Source: Mytilus californianus
Taxonomy: Eukaryota
DNA length: 64,000 nucleotides
Direction: 5' to 3'
Assembly: GCF_021869535.1 (NCBI RefSeq)
Contig: NW_026262679.1
Location: 87,978,001-88,042,000 of the forward strand
Position numbers and translations under genes: made by a program. Below the pieces are notes generated by a model that was given only the letters and a program-made list of their open reading frames with translations, was not told the DNA's origin and searched no databases. This document shows, one piece after another, positions 1-12,159 of the stretch (positions within the stretch are counted from its first letter, which is position 1; each line of letters opens with the position of its first letter).

Positions 1-4
1 TCAG

Positions 5-3000
5 AACATACGATTATAACAAAGCTTTAACTGATTTACAAAAGTTCTATACAAATGACCCCAAAAAGTAAGTAACTGATATTTTTCATGCATTTAAGAT
101 TAAAACTGTAAGGTAAAGTATGAATTAGTAATGATTAAACTTGCAAATATTTTTTAGTTGGTTGGTTTTTTTTGTTGTTTGTTTAAATACGGTAGTGTTC
201 TTTGTGTTTCCATCCACTGGTGATGGGCCGATTTTCTTTTATTTTCGTTGTTTAGTGTCGTTATCTGTATGCTATGCATTTTGCATGTTGCATGTCCCTT
301 TCCTTGCTTTTACTTACATGTTAACATCGTCACAGTCTAACTATGCAAACACTGTACACGATTGTCTCTATTCCCTTTAAGAAATTCATGATATGTTAAA
401 CCTGAATCTTTCTTATCCCATTAATTTTAATCAGTTCTGAAGTTTTATTACAATTATTAAAAAGTAAAATAATAAAAATACCGAACTCCAAGGAAAATTC
501 AAAATTCGGAAAAGTCCCTTATCAAATTACACATATAACTAATAACGTTTATGTGTTGTTTGGAAAGAAAGATCTTATCAACAAATCTCATAACAATCTT
601 TGTAACTATAATTTCCCCGCTAAACCAAACTTCTACCACTTTTATCGAATAGAGAAAGTGTAAACTATCGACAACAAAGCATAGCATATGTTTAAACACG
701 TCTTAAAAAGCTGAAGTACTTAAAACTTCTGCAATGTATTTAATAGGACACATCAGCATTAGAGCAAGTAGTGATGCAGAAATGCTTTAGAAAGACAGAA
801 TCAATAAAGGGAAGAGAACAGGCTCCGTCAGGCGTTTTGTAAACAGGATTTTTCAGGTAAAAATATGTTTATGAGATAACTTAAAAATGGTAACTTGTTG
901 ATGTACATTTAAAAGGAGAGAGTTTGAAAAAAGAAAATGTAATTTTAGCGTCTAGGACGCAGACTTTTGAGAATTGCAGAGGGATACTTTAAAAAATATT
1001 TCTTCATAAAAACGAAAAAAAGAAAAGAATGATAAGCATTGATACATTCAAATATCAATAGAGGCTTTGACATGTATAATTCTGGGACGAAATGATTTGT
1101 GTAATCATATCAACATCTGATACTGTTTCTACAACATACACAAAATACATAGAACAAGCATTCATTTGAAACTCAAGCTCTGTAGACCAATATTATTTGT
1201 AGAATTCATATTTTTTATTAGATTGTGTTGCTTGGTAGCTATTTTATTGTCATATATATCACGTATCTCATTTCACTGCTGTATATATCCCGTATCTCGT
1301 TTTACTGCCGTACTGATATATCCTGTATCTCATTTCACTGCCGTATACATACCGTATCTCGTTCATTGTCGTATATATTGCTGTCATATATCCCGTATCT
1401 CATTCCATTGCCGTATATATACCGTATATCATTTCATTGCCGTATATATACCGTATAGCATTTCATGCAGGATATACCCCGTACGTCATTTGATTATCGT
1501 ATATATATATCCCGTATCTCATTTCATTACCGTATATATGCCGTATCCCATTTAATTGCCGTGTATATCCCGTATCTCATTTCATTGCCGTATATATCCC
1601 GTATCCCATTTCATTCATATGAATTCTGTCTCGTTATCTTGGAATCGACAGTATATATCTCGTATCTCATTTCACTGTCGTATATATACCGTATCTCGTT
1701 CATTGCCGTATATATATATTACTGTCATATAGATATCCCGTATATCATTTCATTGTCGTATATATATCCCGTATCTCATTACATTGCCGGATATATCCCG
1801 TACCTCATTTCACTGCCGTATTTATCCCGTGTATATCCCGAATCTCATTTTATTCATATGAATTCTGTCTCGTTATCTTGGCATCGACCACTTACAATTT
1901 TCTAAAAATCAAAACACAATTGATATTTCATTTTTATGAAGAAATAGTATTTAAATTCAAGATTTTTCTTTCCAGAGAAGCAAATCGACGACAGCTGATT
2001 TAAAGACTAAGCAGATAGACCTAGATGAACTAAAGCTAGATTTGATATTGTTGGACGATAACAAAGACGAAGACCATGCAGAAGAAGGTAATAAGATCCA
2101 CCATACTATACAAACATTTCAATTTACAAATCGTCATAAACATCCATCTTTTCGTTTGTTGTTACAAAGATTGATGGGTATTTGGAGAGTTTCAACTTGT
2201 CACTCTTTTGCACAGACACCAACACTATACATTGAACGAAGAAAGTATTCTCTTTAATGGGAAAACACAAGTCTCTCGCCAATTTTATATGTTTATTTAA
2301 TTTTATAAAATCAATTGGAAATGAAATCATGCATTTAACACTCCACGATGAGTGAATGCACTTCACAATATACATATAGCAACAAAATAAAAAAAACTTA
2401 TCCAGTACCAATTGTTATTAGTTGTGAAAATTGAATGAATGAAGAAATTTGCAACACTGATATTATATAATATAGGCTATCTTTTTGGATCTAATGTTCT
2501 TAAATGTTTCATTTGTCCTGTCAAAATTCCGGTCTTAGCCGTACCTGATCGATTATTCCAGAAACATTGTGGTCTAGGATCTGTACCATAACTTTGTATT
2601 GATTCAAATACAACTAAACTGAAGGCAATCTTTTATTCTCATAATTTCTCTTTGGTTTAGACTATCCAGATACGACAAGAACATTCAACAGTGAATGGTA
2701 CACATTCAGTGATATTGAAGACCCACCTAGACCAACACTACAGCGGCATTTTTTACTCCATTAAAAGAAAGCCATGAGACAACAAGAGCGCATATACCTG
2801 GATCCACCAATCATAAAGCAGCTGAATCAGTGAACCCATTTCTGCTCAATGAACCTACAAAATCAGTTCCGATTGAAATACCAGGTCGCAAACACAGTGA
2901 TTCTACCATTGAATACTCTCTAAATTCTGCAGGAAGATTTCAGCGTTTTAGAAAATGGTTCAAACGATTTTGCTGTTGTAGCCAAAATGCTGAAGATAGT

Positions 3001-3018
3001 GAAACAGTCTGTTCCTGA
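5..3018 (+). pseudogene. 3' exons of an unidentified gene, possibly disabled (exon-like segments 5-67, 747/791-856, 1976-2087, 2661-3018)
   Basis: Each segment has canonical AG/GT ends (aaaaa|gtaagt at 67, tttcag|gtaaaa at 856, ttccag|aga at 1976, gaag|gtaata at 2087, tttag|ac at 2661). 791-856, 1976-2087 and 2661 onward join in phase (KDRINKGKRTGSVRRFVNRIFQ|RSKSTTADLKTKQIDLDELKL...EE|DYPDTTRTFNSEW...). The last exon needs a 1-nt frameshift at the T6 run 2749-2754 to reach ...FRKWFKRFCCCSQNAEDSETVCS*. Exon 5-67 is not in phase with that frame. No family recognised. Confidence 0.45.
1228..1890. repeat. Intronic minisatellite, unit about 29-32 bp (TATATATCCCGTATCTCATTTCATTGCCG-like)
   Basis: About 20 imperfect tandem copies are visible. 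A ~40-bp variant block (TTCATATGAATTCTGTCTCGTTATCTTGG) occurs twice, near 1612 and 1852. Confidence 0.9.
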
Positions 3019-3584
3019 TTTAATGAAATATTGATTTCTTTTTGTTCACTTATTTAATTGTTTATTTATTCTTTTGTTCACTTAATTAATTGTTTATCAT
3101 TTTCTATTAAAATTTTGTTTTGTTTTTATCCGGTGTTGTTTTATAGTGTTTAAGCATAATCTAGTTTCTATATTTGAAAATAAAACACAACCCAAAATAG
3201 AAAAATATTAAGGACATATATTTACTTACAAAGATTAGAAGATGCTCACACCATGCAGAAAACATTTAGAAATATGCAAAAAGTTTATCAGTTCTATTTG
3301 TCTCAATTTTTCTTTTTCTTTTTTTGTGTGCATTTGAACTTGTTTTAAGCAATAATGCACGCATTGTTACATGCTATTGCGTTGTCGTGCTAAGCATAGC
3401 CCCACTCATAATTCAAAATATCGGATAACAGGAAGCAGGAAACAGATCTGAAAAATGCCTACATTTAACTGTGAAGCGGATGAATAGAAACATAATATTC
3501 ATTTGAACTACATGCACCTTCTTTAAAAAAAGAATATGATACCTTTTACATACATATATACTTTCTTTGTAAAATTTACACATT

Positions 3585-5330
3585 AACATGCATGCACGGG
3601 CTGAAATGTCTCGCCTACTTTACTGGTCATGATTGGATTTTATGCTAAATATTTTTAAGATCAATGTTTCACTACAGAGATCACAACAACTAAATATTAC
3701 CAATGATCTATGAAAATGAGGTCGAGGTCTAACCCCTGCCAGACAGACATGTACACATTAAAACCATTCTAAAGTTGACCTTCACTACAGCTTGTGTTGG
3801 TTTTTCTATTTCCACTCGTCCATGGTGAGCAGCCTATCCAATACCATTCTAGTATGTATTCTCTTTTTGTGTGGCAATGTTGAACACAGTGTTATTTCTT
3901 TATGTTAATAAGTTATATTGTAAGTCTTTAAATGAAGCAAAAGAAATAGCAATTTCACTTCATAAGATGGGTACAAGAAACCGTCTAGAATGTTTTTTAT
4001 GCTTTCAACTAAAGCCACCAAGGACAGGTGGAAATTGCAAAATCCATTTGATCTGTAGTGTATAACTAATTAATATAGTAACTGAGAAAAAAAGAATGGC
4101 TTAATCATAAAAACTTAAAGCTAACCTATGAACCATGGATATGAGGTTAAGATCAGTTTAGCCCTGCCTGACAGACATTTACACGTGCACCTTATATTTT
4201 TTCTATACAACAAATATATATTACATAGTTGACTTATTGCTTATATTATATATAAACTTATCAAAGATGAGAAACTCCAACTAAAGATGATAATCAGTGA
4301 TCAGCGGGCGCAATACATTTGCTCGCATTTGGGGATAAAAAAAATTACAATTGCGCGCAATATTTTAATTGCATTTGCTCGTATTCTTTTTACAGGTATG
4401 CATTAAAATTACTTGGACAAAACCAGCATTATATTACAATTACATGTATTTTGGAAAGTAATGCATTACATTACAATTACTTTACCAAAGTAATGGCATT
4501 ATATTACACATTACATTTTATAAATTTTATTATCAAAAGAAACATATATACAACATTTTATACTGAAATCGTGGTAACTATGAAAAAGATATTTTAAAAA
4601 TCCTTCCATTGCCCTATTAGACCAAATGGAAGCAGTCAAACAAATGTGATCAGTTTACTGAAGGTTATCATACAATTTTTGACGTACATCTTTGGCTTTA
4701 GTTTGTATCAATTTAGATGAGAGATGTTTACGGCTTCGCCACTTGGAATTTGAAATTTTGGGTTAAGATTTTCTATAAAGTTCTTAAAGTTTTGATTTTC
4801 ATCTGTTGGAAATGGGAGTAAATCACTTCTAGCAATATACTCGAAAAGTGAATCAGTAGCTTTATTTTGCTTTGGGTCATTTAATTGATATTTCTGAATA
4901 CCAGATGGTTTTACAAAATTTGTTCTTGTGGGTCAAGCTTTTTATATTTCGAAGTATACATCTCTGTGTTTTCTCAAAAAAGAAATAACAGAAATGTTTT
5001 AAGGAATTTATTCTACCTTTATGTTTTTTTATCATATTGTTAACTTAATCTCAATGTTATTTAATTACTTTAAAATCATAAATTGACATCTATAAGTCAA
5101 TTAGTCTATGGTGGATAGTTTTCTCATTGCAATCACTATCTGACGGATATATACACCTTACAATCATTCTATACACCACAAGTAGCTAGTTCACTTATTG
5201 CTTAAAGTATCTGAGAAGCAGACCTTACCACAATTTTTTTTAGCAAAAACCAATAACCGTAAAATTATGTCAAAATCAAATGAGCTCTGCCAGACGGACA
5301 TGTACATCTTAAAATCGTTCTTTTAATCCA
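3585..5330 (-). mobile_element. Degenerate fragments of the Helentron-type non-autonomous family seen at 38949-40902
   Basis: GCACGGGCTGAAATGTCTCGCC (~3594) is the reverse complement of the family 3' end. Scattered copies of the internal repeat (TGCCAGACAGACATGTACAC, GTTGACTTATTGCTTA) lie at ~3720-3780, 4130-4250 and 5130-5320. Confidence 0.55.
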
Positions 5331-5479
5331 ATATAATAACATTAACGGTACCAATTTTTCGGCACAAGATACGCATTTCGACCAAAATATTTGAAATCCA
5401 AAACTTATTGAAAAGATGAAAGGCTTATAAACAAAAAAGTACAAAAAGTACAGATATATAGTTGACCTACATTTGTATT

Positions 5480-6331
5480 TCTTATAGTATCTGAGAAATG
5501 GACCTTCAAATAAACAGAAATAAATGTCTTCTCTTAGATTTAGATATTTCAGTTACTCATTGGAACTTACGGCAGAAAGAAGGACGATTTTTCGTTCCCT
5601 ACTTTGGACGGGGGTGTTCCTCTAGTCCTATTTTACGGTGTTTATATATTCCAGCTCGGTGGAAATGCCCGTGTCTGTATAGTGACGTTTTAGATTTCAA
5701 TGAACGTATTTCTATGTATCACTGGTAAATTATATAGTCAGGGACTTCGTTACCACAAATTACTTAAAACCTTTACTTAATTCTTTCATAGATAAAAAAA
5801 AATTGGTTTTTGAAGTTTGGCTGTACCCGTAGAAAACTTAAGGCAAACCGGATATCACATCTCGATTTTTATGGTGATTTTGTTTATAGAGCTCATAATT
5901 TTAGATACGATCCGTGTAAACTTATCGACCCTTTAAATAAACTCATTCTTAAAGGTTATCAATTCAACATTATATTTTGTTTTAATCGGTACAAATCAAT
6001 CCAAACATAACTTAATGTTACAGCTAAGAGCATTCATTGAGTTGCACCAGATAAATTTGTTATCAGATTTTTCAAACGACCATCTTATTAAATAGGAAAA
6101 CTTGTGTTTGATTGGATTGTTTGGAAGTGTAGTGTAAAAAGTTGAAAAGTCAAAACTGTCCATCGAATTAACAAGACTATCAAAAGCACACAATTTATCT
6201 AAAGCATCCAAAGAATATTTATACGCGAGGTTTCGGTCAAAATTATTCAAAACGATACTATCAAAATGTGATATACTGAACTTACTGTTTATACTATGTC
6301 GACAAGCTTTGACGGATTTTAAATGTCGCAT
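5480..6331. mobile_element. Penelope-like retroelement RT relic with internal inversion
   Basis: + strand 5500-6000 decodes, with frameshifts, to RT C-terminal motifs (LDLDI..., YGVYI..., ISHLDFYGDFVYRA...). - strand ORF 5996-6331 carries the RT core-like motif SFDFSTFYTTLP. Family assignment is from recognised motifs. Confidence 0.7.
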
Positions 6332-7699
6332 TATATCAGATGTTCAGTATATCAACCAAGATTTACTTATCGTAGAAGGTCAGCGATTGGGTAAAACATA
6401 GTACATGTATACTGATAATTTCTATAGTTCTTTTAACTTCCTTGTGGTAGAAGCAGGTAAATGCATGCATTGTTTACATTTATACTGTTGTTTCTCTATA
6501 TTGATCGTTTGTATTCTAGTTTTATACTGACTCAGGATACTCGGTTAGAAAATGTGGGCCTTTTTCACTTCAGAAAACCGTTCACAGTCTGCAAACAGTT
6601 AATATTGCATGCCTTTACGTTACAAACAAGCACTTAATTGTATGGAATTTCTCGACATCGTGAGATATACTCATTTGTGACATCAGCAATTTCAGTGATT
6701 CTGGTTGCAATATATTCAATCCTGTGGTAGTATTTGCCGAGAAAATTGTAAGAGAGATATACAATTTGATTTGCATTATACTCGTTAACCAAAGAAACAA
6801 CGTATTCAGTTGTAGCAATAAAGATTTAAAAACGTACCCAACCGGGTCTAATTTTCCGGTCTGCTGTTCTTTTCTAGAAACTCGAAATTTTTCATTGAAG
6901 GCACACTTTCATCTCGAAATTCAAAATTTATTAATGGTATAAATATTTAAACGGTAAACTTAATATTAAGTTAAAACACAAGATTTTACTTTTTAGAAAA
7001 CACATCGAGGGATAAAATATGTTTGGCGATTTTGGGATTTTTTTCCAACTCCTCTGTTAAAAGATGGCGTTACCCAATCACTTTCAACGTGGTATGGCCA
7101 TTTTCCTGCTTTTTCCACACCAGTATCGTTTCAAAAATTCTTTTCCTCTTTACTGATGTCACAGCTCTGTGTATGTACTTCGAGGTTCTAACAATATAAT
7201 GTCTTATTTCTAACCAGATGATCAAACTATAATTGCCTGGAGATAGTTCAAAACCGACTTATTGACAAGTTTTGGCTTTTTTTTTTTTTTGCATTTTCCC
7301 AAAAATTCTAAGTTCATCCTTAATCATTGTTAATCAAAATCGACTATTTTGGAAATAAAAGTGTATATTTACTTTTGAATACAAAAAAATCTGTTTTGGT
7401 TAGGGACATCTTTTGAGGTAAATTATGCAAAAAAATATTTATGAATGTTTGTAATTTTGCATCAAAAGGCCTACAGCAGCACCATGTAACGCTTAATAAT
7501 ACTTTGAATATACTAAAATATGTAAAATAGTTGTGAAATCATGAAATATATGATATAGACTCTTTAAATTAAAATATCAGTACGTTTTGAAATCTTTAAG
7601 GTTTGTCCTTGTGAGTGAAACACATACAGGGGAAATTGTCCATACCTCTTCTTGGCTACTTATTGTAAATGATAATATTAACGGGTACCAATTTTACTG

Positions 7700-7741
7700 C
7701 ACCAGATACGCATTTCGACAGCAAATGTCTCTGCAGTGATG
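7700..7741 (-). ncRNA. Degenerate minimal type I hammerhead ribozyme motif within a Penelope-associated repeat
   Basis: Minus strand reads CATCA-CTGCAGA-GACA-TTTGC-TGTC-GAAA-TG-CG-TA-TC-TGGTG: stem I, CUGANGA core (here CUGCAGA), stem II, GAAA, 2-bp stem III, UH site. Confidence 0.65.
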
Positions 7742-8501
7742 TTCGAGGCCAAAATATTTGAAGAAAAACCCAACTTATACAAATGTTGAAGAGCTGATCA
7801 AACCGAACAGGAACTAAAGTATAGCCCACGTTATACGTATCATTTGATTTCTTATGAGTTTGAATGTCCCTTAGGTATCTTTCGCCTCTCTTTTATGAAC
7901 GATACTCGGAATGTCTTTTTAATTTTCTATTTTTTTGTTCTCTCTATTACACATTAAAAAGACAGCGAGATCAGTGTTACTTTTGATACCCAGTCAATAG
8001 ATGACAACCAAGAGAACATAACGAGAAAGATAAGGGTAACTTTAAAAACTCGGGGTGCAAAATCCACTCAAGTTATCATAATAATGATATAAATCAAGTG
8101 CTATAGTGAAATTTTTTTTTTATAAAAATCAAGACTGAAAAATCGGTAATTCAGAAATAGGTATTACAGACAAATACATTAATACCATTATCTGGGAACG
8201 ATAACGATGATAAAAAGAAATTTATCTATCGATGATGATTTTAACAGCGGTATTTCTGCGCAAATGCCCCCTTTCCTAGAATAGGCAGGTTTATTTTTTT
8301 CCTTTGATAAAGCATTTGAAGGATATACACGAGACAATATTCCCATAAAAAGTTATTAAAGAATTAATATATTAAACAATACATTTATTGCTGTTACTTA
8401 TCTCGGCTGTTTGCTGGAATGCCTTCATCAATGTACTAAAAAGTTTACACCTTACAGTAAATTCATGTTTAATTGTTCTTTTTTTTTTTGTTTTACAGGT
8501 T

Positions 8502-10202
8502 ATGGCATCATCAAATAGTTCATTATGTGGTGTATGTGAATGTCAGCACTTGACGACAGAAGCCACATTCTGGTGTCCTGAATGTGATGAAGGTTTGTGT
8601 TCGACATGCTTAAAGTATCACAATGCTTCCAAATCGACGAGAAATCATGAGGTCATCTCTGTCGATAACTACAGGCAGCTACCGTCATTTGTAGCCAGCG
8701 TACAACAATACTGTTCCGACCACGACAACAAGTACCAACTTTACTGTTTACAACACGAAAGTCCATGTTGCCCTCATTGTGTTACAACCACTCACAAGAA
8801 ATGCAACTTTACGACACTCGATGAAATTGTTAAAACTTCCAAAACGTCCGTATCATTTGACAATTTAGAACAAAGTCTGAACGACTTAAAAGAAAATATA
8901 AAAAGAATAACAAAAGACAGAGAACAAAATTTATCAAAAGTTCAACAGAGAAGAAGGAAAATACATTCTGAAATACAGACGATGCGCGACAAATTAAACA
9001 AACATCTAGACAGTATCGAACAAAAGATACTACAGGATTTGGATGATGTGGAAAAGGGAGTAAGCTCAGAGATACAACGTATTCATACTAAGCTTCTAGA
9101 TCACACAAAAACCGTAGAAGAGGTAGAAAGGAATGTGTCAACCATTAAGAAGTATGCATCTGACCTACAGATTTTTGTTGGAATGAAAAAGATCAAGACA
9201 GATATAGAACATGCAGAAAAGTTGATGGTGTCATTGCTGGAAGATGGAAGTCTACAACACGTTGATATCGACTTTAAAGAGGATCACAAAATGTCCGACA
9301 TTTTATCCATTGCAGCATATGGGAATATATCCCGCATTACCAGTTCCCCAACAGTTACCATAAAGACTGAGAAAAACAAACAAGCCCAATACTTTGTAGC
9401 CTCTTCCATCGCAGCGAAAAGTATTAATGATATTAAGCTTTCTTCACATAAAAAGCTTAAAATCCCTGAAGTAAATAAAGCAAGTAGGTTTACAGGGTGT
9501 ACAATCACATCTTCCGGTAAAATTATTCTTGTGGACTGGAATTATAACGATGTGATTATCCTTTACGAGAACGAGTCATTAGAATGTAAGAAAAAAGTAT
9601 CAAATCAGCCTGTAGATGTCAGTTGTATTGATGATAACACGATTGCAATTACCCATAAATTTAGTCCATTTCAAATCGAGATAATAAACATATCTTCTAA
9701 GCAGCTAAAGAAACAAATCAGAACTTTAGATTTGTGTTATGGAATAACAAATGAACAAGGGAGGCTAATATATTGTTCTCACGAGAAAGGTATTCAGTCA
9801 GTAGATTTTTTTGGTGATAATGCATCCACTATATTAGAGCAACCAGAGATGGATACTTGGAATTATGTTACAGCCTCTGGAGGTAAAATTTATCATACAA
9901 ATCCTAAAACGAACGCTGTCACATGTTATAACATCACAGGAGAGAAGGTTTGGGAATACAGAGATAAATCAGTTCTTAAGGATGTACGTGGTGTTACTAC
10001 TGACAAGGATGACAATGTTTACGTTGCATCCTTTGGAAATAACAGTATCGTCGTTATATCACCCTATGGGAAACATGCAAGGCGACTTATAGGAGAGGAG
10101 GATGGTTTAAATGAGCCGTGGGGTATTTACCTAGACAAAACCAGGAACAATCTGCTTATATCGTGTTATAATGGAGACGTTCATATGTATAAAGTGTCAT
10201 GA
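8502..10202 (+). CDS. RING-less TRIM-like protein: 2 B-box zinc fingers, coiled coil, NHL-like 6-bladed beta-propeller (566 aa, single coding exon)
   Basis: Long ORF with CGVCEC...WCPECDEGLCSTCLKYH...H and CSDHD...YCLQHESPCCPHCVTTTHKKC, a heptad-rich segment, and propeller repeats (PVDVSCID, VRGVTTDKDDNVYV, PWGIYLD). The true ATG is at 8502, just after a polypyrimidine/CAG acceptor (8497-8498), so the ORF-track extension from 8388 is intronic. A possible upstream non-coding exon ends at 6456 (cag|gtaaat). Confidence 0.93.
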   Translation: MASSNSSLCGVCECQHLTTEATFWCPECDEGLCSTCLKYHNASKSTRNHEVISVDNYRQLPSFVASVQQYCSDHDNKYQLYCLQHESPCCPHCVTTTHKKCNFTTLDEIVKTSKTSVSFDNLEQSLNDLKENIKRITKDREQNLSKVQQRRRKIHSEIQTMRDKLNKHLDSIEQKILQDLDDVEKGVSSEIQRIHTKLLDHTKTVEEVERNVSTIKKYASDLQIFVGMKKIKTDIEHAEKLMVSLLEDGSLQHVDIDFKEDHKMSDILSIAAYGNISRITSSPTVTIKTEKNKQAQYFVASSIAAKSINDIKLSSHKKLKIPEVNKASRFTGCTITSSGKIILVDWNYNDVIILYENESLECKKKVSNQPVDVSCIDDNTIAITHKFSPFQIEIINISSKQLKKQIRTLDLCYGITNEQGRLIYCSHEKGIQSVDFFGDNASTILEQPEMDTWNYVTASGGKIYHTNPKTNAVTCYNITGEKVWEYRDKSVLKDVRGVTTDKDDNVYVASFGNNSIVVISPYGKHARRLIGEEDGLNEPWGIYLDKTRNNLLISCYNGDVHMYKVS

Positions 10203-12159
10203 AAAAAACGTACACTTTCGATTTCTAAACATTAATTGTGTACTTTCGTGTCTGCTTGCTAGTTGCAAAAATTTTTTTAAGGGTCATATGTATATACCAT
10301 AAGCTTATACTAAAAAAACAAATGAGAAATTTATTTAAGATTTAAAAATCATGTATTACTTTATAACAGTAAACAGTAAGACGTATCACTGCATGACAAA
10401 CGACGTTTTTGGTGAATACGCATTTATTTCATATTTGTATTATTATTACTGGGTCATTACTTCTGCTTGTAGATTGTAAGTCCCCGAGGGTAACTGCAAC
10501 CCAACTCCTCAATCAGGTGGCGGCTTGCCGATGAAAATACTGAATAGTATACACGAACTTTTGCAGTGGCAGGCCTCAATTATTTACAAAATGCGCATTG
10601 GTGAATCATATATCATCATATCATCATTCAATGAATGTTGCAGACTTACACGTCTCTAAATTTGCCGATGAAGATACAGGTTGCACTTTGTAAATACAGC
10701 TGTTTCACAAGCCACGCCTCTTTTGTGGAGATATATAATATTCGATTTCACAGATATTTTGTTTCGTTGACGTACTAGCGTTTCACAAAGAATCATACGA
10801 TTTACGTTAAGATTTAACTTACAAGATTTTACCTACGAGTGCAAGGTGATTGTAAACGTAACGTAAACTTACGATTACAATGAAAAATGGGTGCTTTCTT
10901 TGACAGCCGCGTTCATGTCTAAAAAAAGAATCGTTCTTTCAAAAACAGGAAGAAAATTCATATCATCGTAGTTTGAAATGGTTTGTTTGTATGGTAAATA
11001 GGTTTTGTGGGGTAAACATGGTAAGTATCCCGTCTAGTTTAAAGATGTTTTTTTGCTTTGGTTTTATTAGAAACAAATTGGCTGGTGGTGTTTTTTTTTC
11101 AAGCCGAGCGTCTGTTTTTGCTGCTGTTGAAGAATGATGAAGTTATAAAAAAAAAAAACCAGACAAATTCATTAGGACTTCGACATTTCTTGAATCCAAA
11201 TCAATATGAATTTCTAAATGGTTAACACGAAATTATACGTATCTTCAAATGTTAATAATAATTGAACTGGTATAAAATTCGTTAAGCCTTGTAATTCTGA
11301 TGCATGTCTAGGCTTTTTTAAAAGAGGAACCTACTGACAAGACAACATTAAGACTTGTACATGTAAAAAGTATCTGCATATTTTCATTTCATCTATTATA
11401 ATGCTATGCATTTGCTACTGTGTCATCCAAAAATATGGTCATCAGAAAAGAAAAAAAATTAAAGCGTTTGGTAAAGCATTTTTTATTTATTTTTATTATT
11501 TCCTATATTCAAGTTGTTCTATAAAAGAAACATTGTTCCTAAGTAATTCTGTAAAAAAATATACATTAAAAAGTACACGTTTTTTGAAACAGTAACAACA
11601 CATTATTTACTAAAAGGATCTATTAAATGTTCCTCTCTTGAACTCTGAGTAAACACAAGATATAGGTTAGGCCTTATTGAAACCTCCAATGACCATGGAG
11701 TCGATAAACTTTTATAACGGATAGTTAATTCAGCTTGAACATTTCAAATACTCATTTATTGTCCCATATCTTACATATACATAATGTGTGATAGTAACCC
11801 CAAAATTTTGATTTATTAACCTAAAAAGTAAAAATTTGGAGGACATTAGAGGTATAAATGGACCAATAGGGATCTTATATGAAAACAAAGAGGAATATTA
11901 GTGGTTTTTATCATCTTAGAAACCTCTCTGCTTTGGATTATTTTAAAACGGAAGCCATGAGTTGAGATGGTGAAAAAATTTTACAATAAAAAATTCAATC
12001 TTCCATGCAAAAATTTAATGCGCTTGAAAAATCAGATGAAAATCAAAATCAAGCAGAATTAGACACTTATGAAGCTCTTGAAATGCAAGGTATAGGAGAT
12101 GAGGAAATTAAATCTTTAGATGAGTCTGATTTGTTTGACTCTATAACTGTTAAGAGATA

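Noticed and set aside
1166-1905. ORFs of 77-146 aa rich in Y/I/P/S/H
   Set aside because: They are translations of the intronic ~30-bp minisatellite.
8388-8501. N-terminal extension of the TRIM ORF given in the ORF track
   Set aside because: It starts at a non-ATG codon and runs through a polypyrimidine tract and CAG acceptor, so it is intron sequence. The ATG at 8502 directly precedes B-box 1.
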